From contig CAZNZM010000007.1 in the NCBI GenBank assembly GCA_964577555.1, positions 25,586-57,585 on the forward strand: a stretch of 32,000 nt of DNA, given 5' to 3'. The notes beneath the pieces were generated by a model, which was not told the origin of the DNA, ran no database searches, and saw only the letters and a list, made by a program, of their open reading frames with translations. This DNA is from an uncultured archaeon. Lineage in GTDB: Archaea > Iainarchaeota > Iainarchaeia > Iainarchaeales > Iainarchaeaceae. Both the position numbers and the translations under genes were made by a program. Below, in pieces: positions 1 to 9,409 of the stretch (within the stretch, counting starts at the first letter, position 1; each line of letters starts with the position of its first letter).

Positions 1-157
1 GCATTCCCGGGCTTTTATTGCAAGCTTTTCCAACTGCCCTTGAATATTTTAGGCTTCCTAAAGTTTTTGCTATTTCACCATAACTTGTAACCTTGCCTTT
101 TGGCACCATTGAAATTAATTCAAAAACCCTCTTTCTAAAATCAGGAATGCTTTGCAT
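1..157 (-). CDS. MGMT/Ogt-type alkyltransferase DNA-binding domain protein, 5' part only (runs off window start)
   Basis: Own translation of the minus strand from ATG 157-155 gives MQSIPDFRKRVFELISMVPKGKVTSYGEIAKTLGSLKYSRAVGKACNKSPGM... This fits the MGMT C-terminal domain pattern (IP.GK..SYGEIA...RAVG.A...NP). It stops just before where the PCHR active site would lie, so Ogt versus ATL cannot be decided. Truncated, so absent from the ORF track. Confidence 0.6.
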   Translation of the reverse strand, partial: MQSIPDFRKRVFELISMVPKGKVTSYGEIAKTLGSLKYSRAVGKACNKSPGM

Positions 158-162
158 GTAAG

Positions 163-258
163 TGGGGACACAGGGATTTGAACCCCGATCCACCGGTATC
201 CCCAAAAACTTCTTTTTTGCTGGAGCCGGTTGCACTAACCTGGTTATGCTATGTCCCC
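163..258 (-). tRNA. tRNA-Trp (anticodon CCA) with a 22-nt intron at the canonical 37/38 position
   Basis: Minus strand reads GGGGACA-TA-GCAT-AACCAGGTTA-GTGC-A-ACCGG-CTCCAG[CAAAAAAGAAGTTTTTGGGGAT]A-CCGGT-GGAT-CGGGG-TTCAAAT-CCCTG-TGTCCCC-A. The 7-bp acceptor stem, D stem, anticodon stem and T arm with TTCAAAT loop all pair. The intron (198-219) contains a CAAAAA/TTTTTG helix. The mature length is 74 nt and no CCA is encoded. Confidence 0.8.
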
Positions 259-315
259 TTTCAAATAATACAAATAATAGTTGGTTTAAAATTTTTCCCT
301 TTGATTCTTTTTTTC

Positions 316-1590
316 TTAAGCTAATTTGGTGTGGTTGATTCTTCCTCTTGCCCTTTCCGCTTCAAGAATTTTATTCACCGCTATAATATAAGCGGCTTTT
401 CTGAGACTTACTTTTTCCCTTTGGCTAACAATTTCAACTTCATTTAATGCATTCGACATTGTTGCTTCAAGCTTTGAATTGATTTCATTTTCTGTCCAAT
501 AATAATTTGCCAGGTTTTGCACCCATTCAAAGTAACTTACTACAACCCCGCCGGAATTAGCCAATATATCTGGAATTATGACATGTCCCTTTTTTTCAAG
601 ATAATCATCCGCTTCAGGGGTTATAGGACCGTTTGCCATCTCAACTATTATATTTGCTTTTATTTTTGTCATGTTGCTTGAATTTATTACATTTTCAACC
701 GCTGAAGGTATGAGAATATCAACCGACAATTCAAGCAATTCTTCATTGGTTATTTTTTTGCCATAATGCAATTCATGAATTTTTTTTCCGTTTTCCGTTT
801 CCTCAAAAATCTTTTTTATGTCAAGTCCCTTTTCATTATAAATTCCTGATTTTGAATCCGAAACAGCCACGATGTCAAAGCCCCATTCATACAATATTTT
901 TGCAATATGCGAACCAACATTACCAAAACCTTGAATTGCAACCTTAAGCCCTTGTTGTTTTATTCCAGCATTATTCAAGTATTGTTTCAAACAAATAGCC
1001 CCGCCAAGCGAAGTTGAATAAACCCTTCCAAGACTGCCTCCAAGAGACAACGGCTTGCCGGTTATTACTCCAGGAACCTTTGAATTGGTGATTTTTTCAT
1101 ATTCATCAAGCATCCAACCCATTATTTTTTGATTAGTATTCACATCAGGAGCAGGTATATCAACCCTGTCCCCAATAAATCTTGAAAATTCTTTTATATA
1201 CTGCCTGCTCAACCTTTCAAGTTCTTGCTCGCTTAATTTTTTCGGATCAACCTTTATGCCGCCTTTTGCCCCGCCATATGGCAAATTTACTACTGCGCAT
1301 TTCAAAGCCATTAAAAAAGCCAACTCTTTTATTTCCTCAACATTCACGCTTTGAGAAAATCTTATACCGCCTTTAGTTGGACCTCTTGCATCATTATATT
1401 GCACCCTGTAAGCCGGAAAAATTTTTATTGAACCGTCATCCATTCTCAATGGAATATTAATGTTTATTGTCCTGGCCGGCTGTGCCAAAATAGCAAGGTC
1501 GCTTGCAGAAAAAAAACCCAAATCAATTATTTTTTTAAGATAAATTTTACAAATATCGCATTCTATTTCAGGATTTGAATGAAAACTCAT
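316..1590 (-). CDS. gdhA: Glutamate dehydrogenase (Glu/Leu/Phe/Val dehydrogenase family)
   Basis: Contains the family signature PYGGAKGGIKVDP and the Rossmann motif IQGFGNVG. The track start at 1614 is a TTG codon. The first ATG is at 1590 (MSFHSNPE...), so the start is set there. Confidence 0.9.
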   Translation of the reverse strand: MSFHSNPEIECDICKIYLKKIIDLGFFSASDLAILAQPARTININIPLRMDDGSIKIFPAYRVQYNDARGPTKGGIRFSQSVNVEEIKELAFLMALKCAVVNLPYGGAKGGIKVDPKKLSEQELERLSRQYIKEFSRFIGDRVDIPAPDVNTNQKIMGWMLDEYEKITNSKVPGVITGKPLSLGGSLGRVYSTSLGGAICLKQYLNNAGIKQQGLKVAIQGFGNVGSHIAKILYEWGFDIVAVSDSKSGIYNEKGLDIKKIFEETENGKKIHELHYGKKITNEELLELSVDILIPSAVENVINSSNMTKIKANIIVEMANGPITPEADDYLEKKGHVIIPDILANSGGVVVSYFEWVQNLANYYWTENEINSKLEATMSNALNEVEIVSQREKVSLRKAAYIIAVNKILEAERARGRINHTKLA

Positions 1591-1658
1591 CTTACCAACC
1601 CATTTTTTTTCCAATCCTAATTAAATCTTCAAATTCAATATTCTACTTTTTGATTCAA

Positions 1659-2294
1659 TTAATTTAAATCCTTTTTTATAAAACCTTCACCACTTTTTTT
1701 TGACTCAACCAAATAATATTTTATTATAGTTTTATGCGGCTTGTATTCCACATAATAAATGCATTCGTTTGGAAACTCTATTTCCATCATTTCATTTCCA
1801 TTCAAACCAAGAATGTTTCCAAGCAATAATCTGCAAATTCCGCCATGAGTCACTATTAAAATTTTTCTACTTGAATACTTTTCCTTTAATTCTTTTAAAA
1901 AAGGCTTGACCCTAAATTCATCAGCTTGCTTGTAACTTTCTCCGCCTTCATGCATGAATTCATACTTGTTATCAACCCTTTCAACCCAATCCCCGGGAAA
2001 TTTTGATTCTATTTCATGTTTGTCCATGCCGCTATATTTTCCTATGTCAATTTCCATCAATTCTTTTCTATAATCCACCTTATTTTTATGGTGTTTCATT
2101 ATCTCTGAAATTGTTTGCCTGCATCTTAATTGTGGGGAACAAAATACGTGGTCAAACTTTTCGTCTTTAAGTTTTTCAGCAATTAATTTTGCCTGGATTT
2201 TCCCGTGTTCGTTTATTGAGGATTCAATCCTGCCTTGAAGCTTTTTTTTGACATTATCGTCGGTTTCGCCATGCCTGCAAATCACAATATCCAT
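1659..2294 (-). CDS. Histidine phosphatase superfamily protein (phosphoglycerate mutase-like)
   Basis: N-terminal ICRHGETDDN (RHG catalytic motif) and a later VTHGG motif. ATG start at 2294. Confidence 0.75.
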   Translation of the reverse strand: MDIVICRHGETDDNVKKKLQGRIESSINEHGKIQAKLIAEKLKDEKFDHVFCSPQLRCRQTISEIMKHHKNKVDYRKELMEIDIGKYSGMDKHEIESKFPGDWVERVDNKYEFMHEGGESYKQADEFRVKPFLKELKEKYSSRKILIVTHGGICRLLLGNILGLNGNEMMEIEFPNECIYYVEYKPHKTIIKYYLVESKKSGEGFIKKDLN

Positions 2295-2337
2295 GCATTA
2301 AAAAAAATCACAAACTAATAAAAATTGTCACTTTTTA

Positions 2338-3291
2338 TCAAAGCTTTTTCATTTCATCGATCGCTTTCTTGGCAATAGATTCTGCATCCATGCCGTATTT
2401 TTTCAACAAATCAAAAGGTTTTCCAGATTCGCCAAAAGAATCTTTTAACCCAACTCTCACAAGTTTTGCACTAATGCCTTTTTCCGCAATTGCTTCAGCA
2501 ACAGCGCTTCCCAAACCATTAATGACTCCATCTTCGATTGTAAACACCAACCCCTTATTTGCCTCTTTTTCAACGGCTTTAACGTCCAGTGGCTTGATCG
2601 AGGCACAATTAAGCACTGAAGCCGATATGCCGCTTTTTGCAAGAATATATGCGGCTTTTAATGCTTCTGGAACAAGCGAGCCGCAAGAAACAAAAGCAAT
2701 GTCATTTCCATCTTTTAACAATTCGGCTTTTCCAAATTTGAAGTCCGACGCTTTTTCGTGCAGAACTTCCGTTTTTTCCCTTGCAGTCCTCATAAATATT
2801 GGCCCTTTTGTTTCATACATCGCATTAGTGCATGCAACAGCTTCATAATAATCAGAAGGCGTGCATACTTTGAGATTAGGAATGCACCTTGCAACAGCCA
2901 AATCAAAAACCGATTGCCCTGTCGGACCGTCTTGACCAGTCAATAAACCTCCATGGCTTCCAACAAGCTTTACATTTGTTTCAGAATATGCAACACTTAT
3001 TTTAATCTGGTCAAGGCTTCTGTTCAAAAGAAAACTCGCAAAGGAACTTACAAATGGCACTTTACCGCAACGAGCAAGCCCCGCAGCTGTTGAAACCATG
3101 TCAGCCTCGGAAATTCCAATGTATTTGAATCTTTCAGGAAATTTTTTTCCAAAAACAATGGATTTAGTGCTCTTGGCAAGATCGGCATCCATGACAACAA
3201 TCTCTTCATGCTTTTCACCCAATTCACACAAAGCATCGCCATAACCATCTCTTGTAGCAACCTTGTCGCCAATCTTGTATTTTGCAATCAT
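2338..3291 (-). CDS. Transketolase, C-terminal (pyrimidine-binding) subunit
   Basis: IGISEADMVSTAAGLA and SHGG...GPTGQ motifs, typical of the split archaeal transketolase. The start overlaps the upstream subunit's stop by 4 bp. Confidence 0.9.
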   Translation of the reverse strand: MIAKYKIGDKVATRDGYGDALCELGEKHEEIVVMDADLAKSTKSIVFGKKFPERFKYIGISEADMVSTAAGLARCGKVPFVSSFASFLLNRSLDQIKISVAYSETNVKLVGSHGGLLTGQDGPTGQSVFDLAVARCIPNLKVCTPSDYYEAVACTNAMYETKGPIFMRTAREKTEVLHEKASDFKFGKAELLKDGNDIAFVSCGSLVPEALKAAYILAKSGISASVLNCASIKPLDVKAVEKEANKGLVFTIEDGVINGLGSAVAEAIAEKGISAKLVRVGLKDSFGESGKPFDLLKKYGMDAESIAKKAIDEMKKL

Positions 3292-4118
3292 TCCTGATCA
3301 AGCTCCTTTAATGCTTTCAAATATTCATCTTTTGTCAAGGCTTTGCCATGCCAATCAGGATTGTTTTCAATAAAACTTACTCCCTTGCCCTTGACAGTTT
3401 TAGCAATCAAAGCAGTTGGCACCGCATCAATTTTAGCTTCTTCCAAAGCACTTACAAGCTCTTTAATATCATGCCCATAGCATTTAATTACTCTCCAACC
3501 AAAAGCTTCAAGCTTTTTGTCCAAAGGTTCAGGGTCTTTTGTATCCTTGACCCAACCATCATTTTGCAATCCGTTTCTGTCAATTATTATTGTAACATTA
3601 TCAAGCTCGAATTGTTTTGTAGTCCAAAGAGACTCCCAAACCTGGCCCTCTTGCAACTCCCCATCCCCAAAAAGCACAAAAACATGATAATTTTTTTTAT
3701 CCAATTTTCCAGCCCAAGCCATTCCATTGCCAACGCTTAAACCAGTGCCAAGACTGCCTGTTGAAATCTCAACACCAGGAGTGCCAATATTATGCGGATG
3801 CCCCTGAAGCATCCTTCCAACAGCCCTCAAACCATCGTATTCCTTTTTAGAAAAATAACCACATTGTCCAAGAACTGCATATAAAGCAGGAGCAGCATGC
3901 CCCTTGCTCATAATAAACCTGTCCCTTTCAGGCCATTCAGGATTTTTCGGATCATGCCTCATGACTTTAAAATAAAGTGCAACCAATATTTCAACACACG
4001 AAAAACTTGAAGTAGGGTGCCCAGATTCGGCATTAGTAGTCATATACAAAATATCCTTCCGCATTTCTTTTGCAATTTTATACAAATCAATATTTTTAGT
4101 CATAAAACCACTTTTCAT
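3288..4118 (-). CDS. Transketolase, N-terminal (TPP-binding) subunit
   Basis: GHPTSS, SKGHAAPALYA and the TPP-binding FGDGELQEG motif. Co-oriented with and overlapping the C-terminal subunit gene. Confidence 0.9.
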   Translation of the reverse strand: MKSGFMTKNIDLYKIAKEMRKDILYMTTNAESGHPTSSFSCVEILVALYFKVMRHDPKNPEWPERDRFIMSKGHAAPALYAVLGQCGYFSKKEYDGLRAVGRMLQGHPHNIGTPGVEISTGSLGTGLSVGNGMAWAGKLDKKNYHVFVLFGDGELQEGQVWESLWTTKQFELDNVTIIIDRNGLQNDGWVKDTKDPEPLDKKLEAFGWRVIKCYGHDIKELVSALEEAKIDAVPTALIAKTVKGKGVSFIENNPDWHGKALTKDEYLKALKELDQE

Positions 4119-4161
4119 TAAAAGATATTAAATATTTATAAACCAACTATAAATTATTTTC

Positions 4162-5556
4162 ATGGAAGTAAAGTTTAACAAGTCAATTTTTATTTTCAGA
4201 CGAGACTTAAGAATTGTTGACAATACCGCCCTCGTTGAAGCAACCGAAAAATCCAATGTTGTTTTGCCTTGCTTCATATTTGACCTGCAACAAATTGCAA
4301 AAAATGAATATTTCAGCCCAAAAGCATTCAGATTCATGTTGGAATCCTTGCTTGAATTAAAAGAAGAAATTTCAAAAAAGGGCGGAAAATTATCTTTTTA
4401 TCAAGGCAAGCCAGAAGACATTGTAAAAAAAATCATAGAAAAAGAAAAACCCAAAGCGCTTTTTGCAAACAAAGATTATACGCCTTTCAGCACAAGCAGA
4501 GACGAAAAAATAGAAAAAATTTGCAAAAATCATGGAATTAGGTTTTATTCATATCACGATATTTTGCTAAGCCCGCCTGAAAAAAATTTGAAACATGACG
4601 GCACTCCATATACGATTTTCACGGCATATTACAAAAATGCGAAAAAAAACCCCGTAAAAAAACCATTATCTCTTGAGACATCAAATTATTCAAATCACAA
4701 AATGGAAGGAAGCGATGACAATATTCTATTTGAACTGCTTTCAAAATACCCTGCAAACAAATTTTTGCAAGGCGGAAGAAAAGCAGGGCTTGAAAAACTA
4801 AAAAACGCAAAAAAACTTGTTGATTACGATAAAGTACGTGATTTTCCTGAAATTTCAGGAACTTCAGGACTCTCACCCCATTTAAAATTTGGAACAATTT
4901 CAATAAGAGAAGTTTATTGGGGCATAAGAGACTCATTGACACAATTTCATCCTTTAATAAGGCAACTTTATTGGCGAGACTTTTTCACAAACATTGCATT
5001 TTATTACCCGCACGTTTTCGGAGCACCATTCAAAAACAAGTATAAAAGAATAATATGGGACAATAATGGAAAAAAATTTGAGGCATGGAAAAAAGGACTC
5101 ACAGGGTTTCCTATTGTTGATGCAGGAATGCGTGAATTAAACGAAACAGGCATAATGCATAACAGGGTCAGAATGATAACAGCTTCTTTTTTGGTAAAAG
5201 ATCTGCACATAGATTGGCGGCTTGGAGAAAAATACTTTGCACAAAAACTTGCAGATTACGATCCATGCATAAATAATGGGAATTGGCAATGGGTTGCATC
5301 AACAGGCTGCGACGCCCAACCATACTTTAGAATATTCAACCCATGGTTACAACAAAAAAAGTTTGATCCAAATTGCACTTATATCAAAAAATGGGTGCCA
5401 GAGCTAAAAAACCTTGACCCAAAAACAATTCACTCATTATGGCTTGATTTTCCAAAAGACCTCAACTATCCTAAACCAATTGTTTTCCACGACAAAGAAG
5501 CAAAAAAATCAAAAGAAAATTATTTTTCAGCCATGAAAAATCAAGAAACCTTTTAA
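4162..5556 (+). CDS. phr: Deoxyribodipyrimidine photolyase (class I CPD photolyase/cryptochrome family)
   Basis: WRDFF, TGFPIVDAGMREL, MHNRVRMITASFLVKDL and NNGNWQW motifs of the FAD-binding domain. The N-terminal IFRRDLRIVDN matches the photolyase alpha/beta domain. Confidence 0.9.
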   Translation: MEVKFNKSIFIFRRDLRIVDNTALVEATEKSNVVLPCFIFDLQQIAKNEYFSPKAFRFMLESLLELKEEISKKGGKLSFYQGKPEDIVKKIIEKEKPKALFANKDYTPFSTSRDEKIEKICKNHGIRFYSYHDILLSPPEKNLKHDGTPYTIFTAYYKNAKKNPVKKPLSLETSNYSNHKMEGSDDNILFELLSKYPANKFLQGGRKAGLEKLKNAKKLVDYDKVRDFPEISGTSGLSPHLKFGTISIREVYWGIRDSLTQFHPLIRQLYWRDFFTNIAFYYPHVFGAPFKNKYKRIIWDNNGKKFEAWKKGLTGFPIVDAGMRELNETGIMHNRVRMITASFLVKDLHIDWRLGEKYFAQKLADYDPCINNGNWQWVASTGCDAQPYFRIFNPWLQQKKFDPNCTYIKKWVPELKNLDPKTIHSLWLDFPKDLNYPKPIVFHDKEAKKSKENYFSAMKNQETF

Positions 5557-6002
5557 TTCCCGTTTTTTGAAACTTTGCCCTTTGTTTGGCTGTATTTTTC
5601 AGGATAATTCTCCTGAAAAATTTTTTTTACAACAAGAATGACAAGAATAATTATTGTTGAAACAATTCCAAGCCCATAATACCCAAATCCTATTGCCATT
5701 CCAATAGATGCAATAACCCACAAATCAGCAGCCGTAGTAAGGCCTCTTATCTTATTATTGTCTTTGAAAATAGTGCCTGCGCCAAGAAAACCAATCCCTG
5801 TAACAATGCCTGCCGCAATCCTCGTAGGATCACCATTATAAGAAGAATAAAGCGAAACAATAGTAAATAAAGTCGCGCCAATACAAACCAGCATGTGAGT
5901 TCTCAAACCTGCCGCTTCCTGGTCAAGCTCTCTTTGTAACCCTATAAGCCCGCCAAGTATTGCCGCAATTATGATTTTTATTATTGCCTCATACTCAAGC
6001 AT
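5553..6002 (-). CDS. MgtC/SapB family membrane protein
   Basis: GLRTHMLVCIGATLFT and GIVTGIGFLGAGTIF motifs with 4-5 hydrophobic helices. Its stop codon overlaps the photolyase stop (convergent TTTTAA). Confidence 0.8.
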   Translation of the reverse strand: MLEYEAIIKIIIAAILGGLIGLQRELDQEAAGLRTHMLVCIGATLFTIVSLYSSYNGDPTRIAAGIVTGIGFLGAGTIFKDNNKIRGLTTAADLWVIASIGMAIGFGYYGLGIVSTIIILVILVVKKIFQENYPEKYSQTKGKVSKNGN

Positions 6003-6314
6003 TTTTTAAATATAGTAAAACTTATATAAAGGCTTTTTGCAACAGCAAAAAACTTTGCACATCCCCATGCATTTTTACAGGCAATGAATGTGAAAGACAA
6101 TAATTTAATTTGTTAGGGTAGAATATTGCGTTTTTATGGTCGCCAGCCTAACAGGATATTGTATTTGCTTTTTTGCAGGCGTAAACTACTATAATTTGAA
6201 TCATCAATTCAAGAGAGTACGCCTATATTAAACCAACTTAATCAGTTGCCAACGCCAAAACTTTTCTAAACAAAAATATTTTATTATAGAAAAAGCAAAA
6301 ATTATTCGATTATA

Positions 6315-7088
6315 ATGGTTAAACATCTTGTTAACTATTTTTTATTAAAAGTCGCTAAACGTGGAAGGACTAAAAGTGGAGTCTCTGATGGGAATAAGCC
6401 CTCAAAGAAACCAGTAAAAAAACAGTTAGGAAATTGTTCAGTGTCTTATATGAATCGCTTTCCATGGGCTGATGAAATTAGAACTATTAAAAGAAAAAAT
6501 TTCACTCTTACAATCTATGCCGACAATAGCAGATTGTATCAATTTAAAGATGGAGGATACTTGATATTAACTCCTGAAGGAGTTTCAATAATAAAATCTC
6601 AACCAAGAGTAATTAAACGTTATTTGAAAGGTGAAAAACTTTTTCTTGTTGGCGGAGGAAATTCAAATATATATACTTTTAATGTTGGTGGATATCCTAA
6701 AATTGTTAAAGAACATTTTGCTGGAGATTCAGCATTAACACAACTAGAACATGCTCATGCAATAAAAAAAGCTTTGGTTGAAAAAAGAAGTTATCATTCA
6801 GTTCCAGATTACTATGCTGTTGCATCAATGCCTGGCAAATATATAAGAGAAATAAGTGTAATGGAATTAATGCCGGGTAAAAAAATTTCTGACATTATAG
6901 AAGAACTAAAAAGCAATCCCACTGCAGATAATATGCGCAGATTACATAAATTAATGGATGATTATAGAGCATTAAAAAAATGGCTAATAAAAAGAAAACT
7001 ACCAATAACAGATTTCCACGAAGGAAATATTCTCACAACGTACGCGAAAGACCTTAGAAGATATATATTTTCAATAATTGATCAATGA
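6315..7088 (+). CDS. Hypothetical protein with protein-kinase-like (APH/RIO-like) features
   Basis: The order of elements fits a kinase-like fold. These are a Gly-rich loop (VGGGNSNIYTF), an IVKEH lysine, a hinge-like SVMELMPG, a catalytic-loop-like DFHEGNIL and a terminal IIDQ. By-eye only. The basic N-terminus may mean a later start. Confidence 0.4.
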   Translation: MVKHLVNYFLLKVAKRGRTKSGVSDGNKPSKKPVKKQLGNCSVSYMNRFPWADEIRTIKRKNFTLTIYADNSRLYQFKDGGYLILTPEGVSIIKSQPRVIKRYLKGEKLFLVGGGNSNIYTFNVGGYPKIVKEHFAGDSALTQLEHAHAIKKALVEKRSYHSVPDYYAVASMPGKYIREISVMELMPGKKISDIIEELKSNPTADNMRRLHKLMDDYRALKKWLIKRKLPITDFHEGNILTTYAKDLRRYIFSIIDQ

Positions 7089-7441
7089 TTACAAAGCTAG
7101 TTGGCTTGTTTCAATTATTAAAAAAAGTGTTCCAAAGCATATAATAAATATAAATACAAAAATGAGAATAAGAAAATAGTTGCCAATCGTGTAATTCTCA
7201 CATCACTTCTAAAGCTAAAATTATTCCAAAATATTGTTTAATGATTTTAAAACTAATAATTTAATTTGTTAGAGTCTTTTTGCCGGATTAATAAATCTTT
7301 GTTTGATTTTTTTCAGGTTTTTTTGTTTGTATTTGAAGTTTTTTGAAAACATTTTTAATATCGCATTTTGTGCTAATTCTTTTGAGTTTTTGTTTTAAGT
7401 ACTAATTTTAAATTCTTGTCAGCTATTACATTTGAGTTTTT

Positions 7442-8050
7442 ATGCTTGTATTGATTTCAGGTTTTGCAGGATCAGGAAAGAGTTCGCTTGCTGATTCGCT
7501 TGGCAAAGCCCTAGGTTTGAAAGTTGTTCATGCTTCTGCGATTTTGAGGGAAATGGCTGTAAAAGGTGTTAAGGCCCTTGACAATGCAAGCCATGAAAAA
7601 ATACATGATTGGTGGGAGAGCGAAGAAGCCAAGGAATTTATGAAAAGAAGAAATAAAGACGGTTCCCTTGACTTGGAATTGGACAAAAAGCTTATTGAAA
7701 TCGCCAGCAAAGGAAATGTTATACTGGATTCTTGGACAATGCCGTATCTTTACAAAGGAAATGCTCTGCGAATATGGTTGAATGCTTCACCGGAAACAAG
7801 GGCAAAAAGAGTGGCTTCGCGCGACAATTTGGATTACAAAGTTGTTTTGAACAAAATAATTGAAAGGGACAACGATACAAAAGCTTTATATCAAAGGTTG
7901 TACAACTTCAGAATGGGAGAAAACCAAAACCTGTTTGATTTGATTATTAACACTGACAATTTGACACAGGAAGAGGTTTTCAAAAAAACAATGGCTTTTG
8001 TAAGGAAGTGGTTTGATGGAAAGAGTAAAATCAGGAATAAAAGGCCTTGA
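7442..8050 (+). CDS. cmk: Archaeal-type cytidylate (CMP) kinase
   Basis: P-loop ISGFAGSGKSS, RIWLNASPETRAKRVASRD and IERDNDTKALYQRLY segments are collinear with archaeal CMP kinases as I recall them. Confidence 0.65.
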   Translation: MLVLISGFAGSGKSSLADSLGKALGLKVVHASAILREMAVKGVKALDNASHEKIHDWWESEEAKEFMKRRNKDGSLDLELDKKLIEIASKGNVILDSWTMPYLYKGNALRIWLNASPETRAKRVASRDNLDYKVVLNKIIERDNDTKALYQRLYNFRMGENQNLFDLIINTDNLTQEEVFKKTMAFVRKWFDGKSKIRNKRP

Positions 8051-8720
8051 CGAACTTATCGGCGGAGGCTTTCCGTTGGGTTCGACAATACTGCTTTCAG
8101 GCGGTCCAGGAACAGGAAAAACAATATTTGGGTTGAGTTACCTTTATAACGGAGCAAAATTTTATAACGAACCGGGGCTTTACATAACTTTGGAAGAAAA
8201 CCTGAAAAACATTGTTTGGAACATGGAAACTTTTGGTTGGGATATTGCGGCTTTGCAATCAATGGGAAAATTCAAGATTTATAAAATGAATTTGCACACG
8301 GAAGACAACGTGGAAAAACAAATAGAAGAAGAATTGAAAGTAATTGCAAGGCTTGTAAAACAAATGGGTTGCAAAAGGCTGGTAATAGATTCAAGCACTG
8401 CATTTGGTTTATGGGTGCCAGACATAGGCAAGGTAAGGTATTTGCTTTACACATTTGCGGACAGCTTGAAAGATTTTGGTTGCACCACAATTCTAATTTC
8501 CGAAACAAAAGACTCAAAAACAGATTATTCCGCATTCGGAGTGGAAGAATTTGTATCAGACGGAGTAATAGTTCTTTACTTCACCCCGCCTAACAGAAAT
8601 ATTTTTATCAGAAAGATGAGAGGCACAAACCACAGCAAAAGCGTCCACCCATTTCTTATTACTGATATGGGCATAGAAGTACGTTCAAGGGACGAAGTCA
8701 GTTGGGAAGCATTAAAATGA
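8013..8720 (+). CDS. KaiC/RadA-like RecA-superfamily ATPase
   Basis: VKSGIKGLDELIGGGFPLGSTILLSGGPGTGKT (Walker A) followed by RLVIDS (Walker B-like), typical of a single-domain archaeal KaiC-like protein. It overlaps the upstream gene by 38 nt. Confidence 0.8.
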   Translation: MMERVKSGIKGLDELIGGGFPLGSTILLSGGPGTGKTIFGLSYLYNGAKFYNEPGLYITLEENLKNIVWNMETFGWDIAALQSMGKFKIYKMNLHTEDNVEKQIEEELKVIARLVKQMGCKRLVIDSSTAFGLWVPDIGKVRYLLYTFADSLKDFGCTTILISETKDSKTDYSAFGVEEFVSDGVIVLYFTPPNRNIFIRKMRGTNHSKSVHPFLITDMGIEVRSRDEVSWEALK

Positions 8721-8845
8721 AATTTTTATAAAGATTTTCCTGAACTAGCTAAAATGAAAAAGAATCGGGAAAAAAGAAAGGAATTGATTTGGTAGAATAA
8801 CAAAAGTGCTTGCAGCAAAAGCCTGAACCAATAGGCGTTAAAGCA

Positions 8846-9355
8846 TCAGAAGTCTTCCAAGTCAAACACCAGATAACCTGTGCTTCTGATTTTTTGCTTG
8901 CCATCAATTTTCTTGGCAATAACTCCAAGTTTCAGGTTTTTTGGAGTTTTTTTCAAATGTTTGGTTTTTCCCAGATCATTTATAAGATACTCAATCCTGA
9001 CTGGCTTGTAGTCAAGCAGCTCGCAACTCACATTAATAGTCTTATTCGGGCTGTTTACCAGAGGATAGTTTTCAAGGTTCTTATTGTGAACATGGCTGTG
9101 AATGAGCCAGCCGTTCCAATCATCAGGCCGATTGGCCTGTATGGGTCGCAAAAAAGGTTTTTATTCCGTGCTTTATTAACAGTTCTTTCGGGGCGGTGAA
9201 GTTTTTTGATAATCCATTTTTTTCTTGTGACCAAACACAAGGTCTCCAACAAACAAAACAGTGCTTTCTCCCTACTCTGGTTCGGATTGAACGCATCCGG
9301 ATAAAAGCAATGCTGAAATGGCAAAAATGAAAATTGTTGCAAAAGCCTGGTTCAT
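8846..9355 (-). pseudogene. Decayed small lipoprotein gene (in-frame stops, fragments in three frames)
   Basis: The frame starting at ATG 9355 reads MNQAFATIFIFAISALLLSGC VQSEPE-TAG-GESTVLFVGDLVFGHKKK..., a signal peptide with a lipobox-like LSGC. The same frame resumes as the track ORF 8846..9151 after three TAA stops. Two other track ORFs (9055..9342, 9123..9380) cover the middle in other frames. Frame changes sit at A7 and A5C2T6 homopolymer runs. Confidence 0.5.
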
Positions 9356-9409
9356 GGAACAAAATAAATCCGAAAAACATTTAAATATTGATGCATATCA
9401 ATATGTTTT

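Noticed and set aside
2369-2848. 159-aa plus-strand ORF, plus other track ORFs antisense to transketolase, photolyase, permease, integrase, res and mod
   Set aside because: All lie inside and opposite to genes with clear family motifs. Their translations are low-complexity and lack start signals.
6080-6096. Third, degenerate copy of the att core (GGCAATGAATGTGAAAG vs GGCAATGATGAGGTGAAAA)
   Set aside because: Only 8 contiguous identical bases followed by loose similarity, which is within chance expectation.
8810-9199. 129-aa plus-strand ORF opposite the decayed lipoprotein gene
   Set aside because: It has no motifs, and its start is not preceded by any signal. The minus strand carries a recognisable signal peptide and a longer coherent (if broken) frame.
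8846-9355. Stop-codon recoding (e.g. TAG as pyrrolysine) in the broken lipoprotein gene
   Set aside because: The frame is also interrupted by three TAA codons and by frame shifts. All other genes in the window terminate normally with standard stops.
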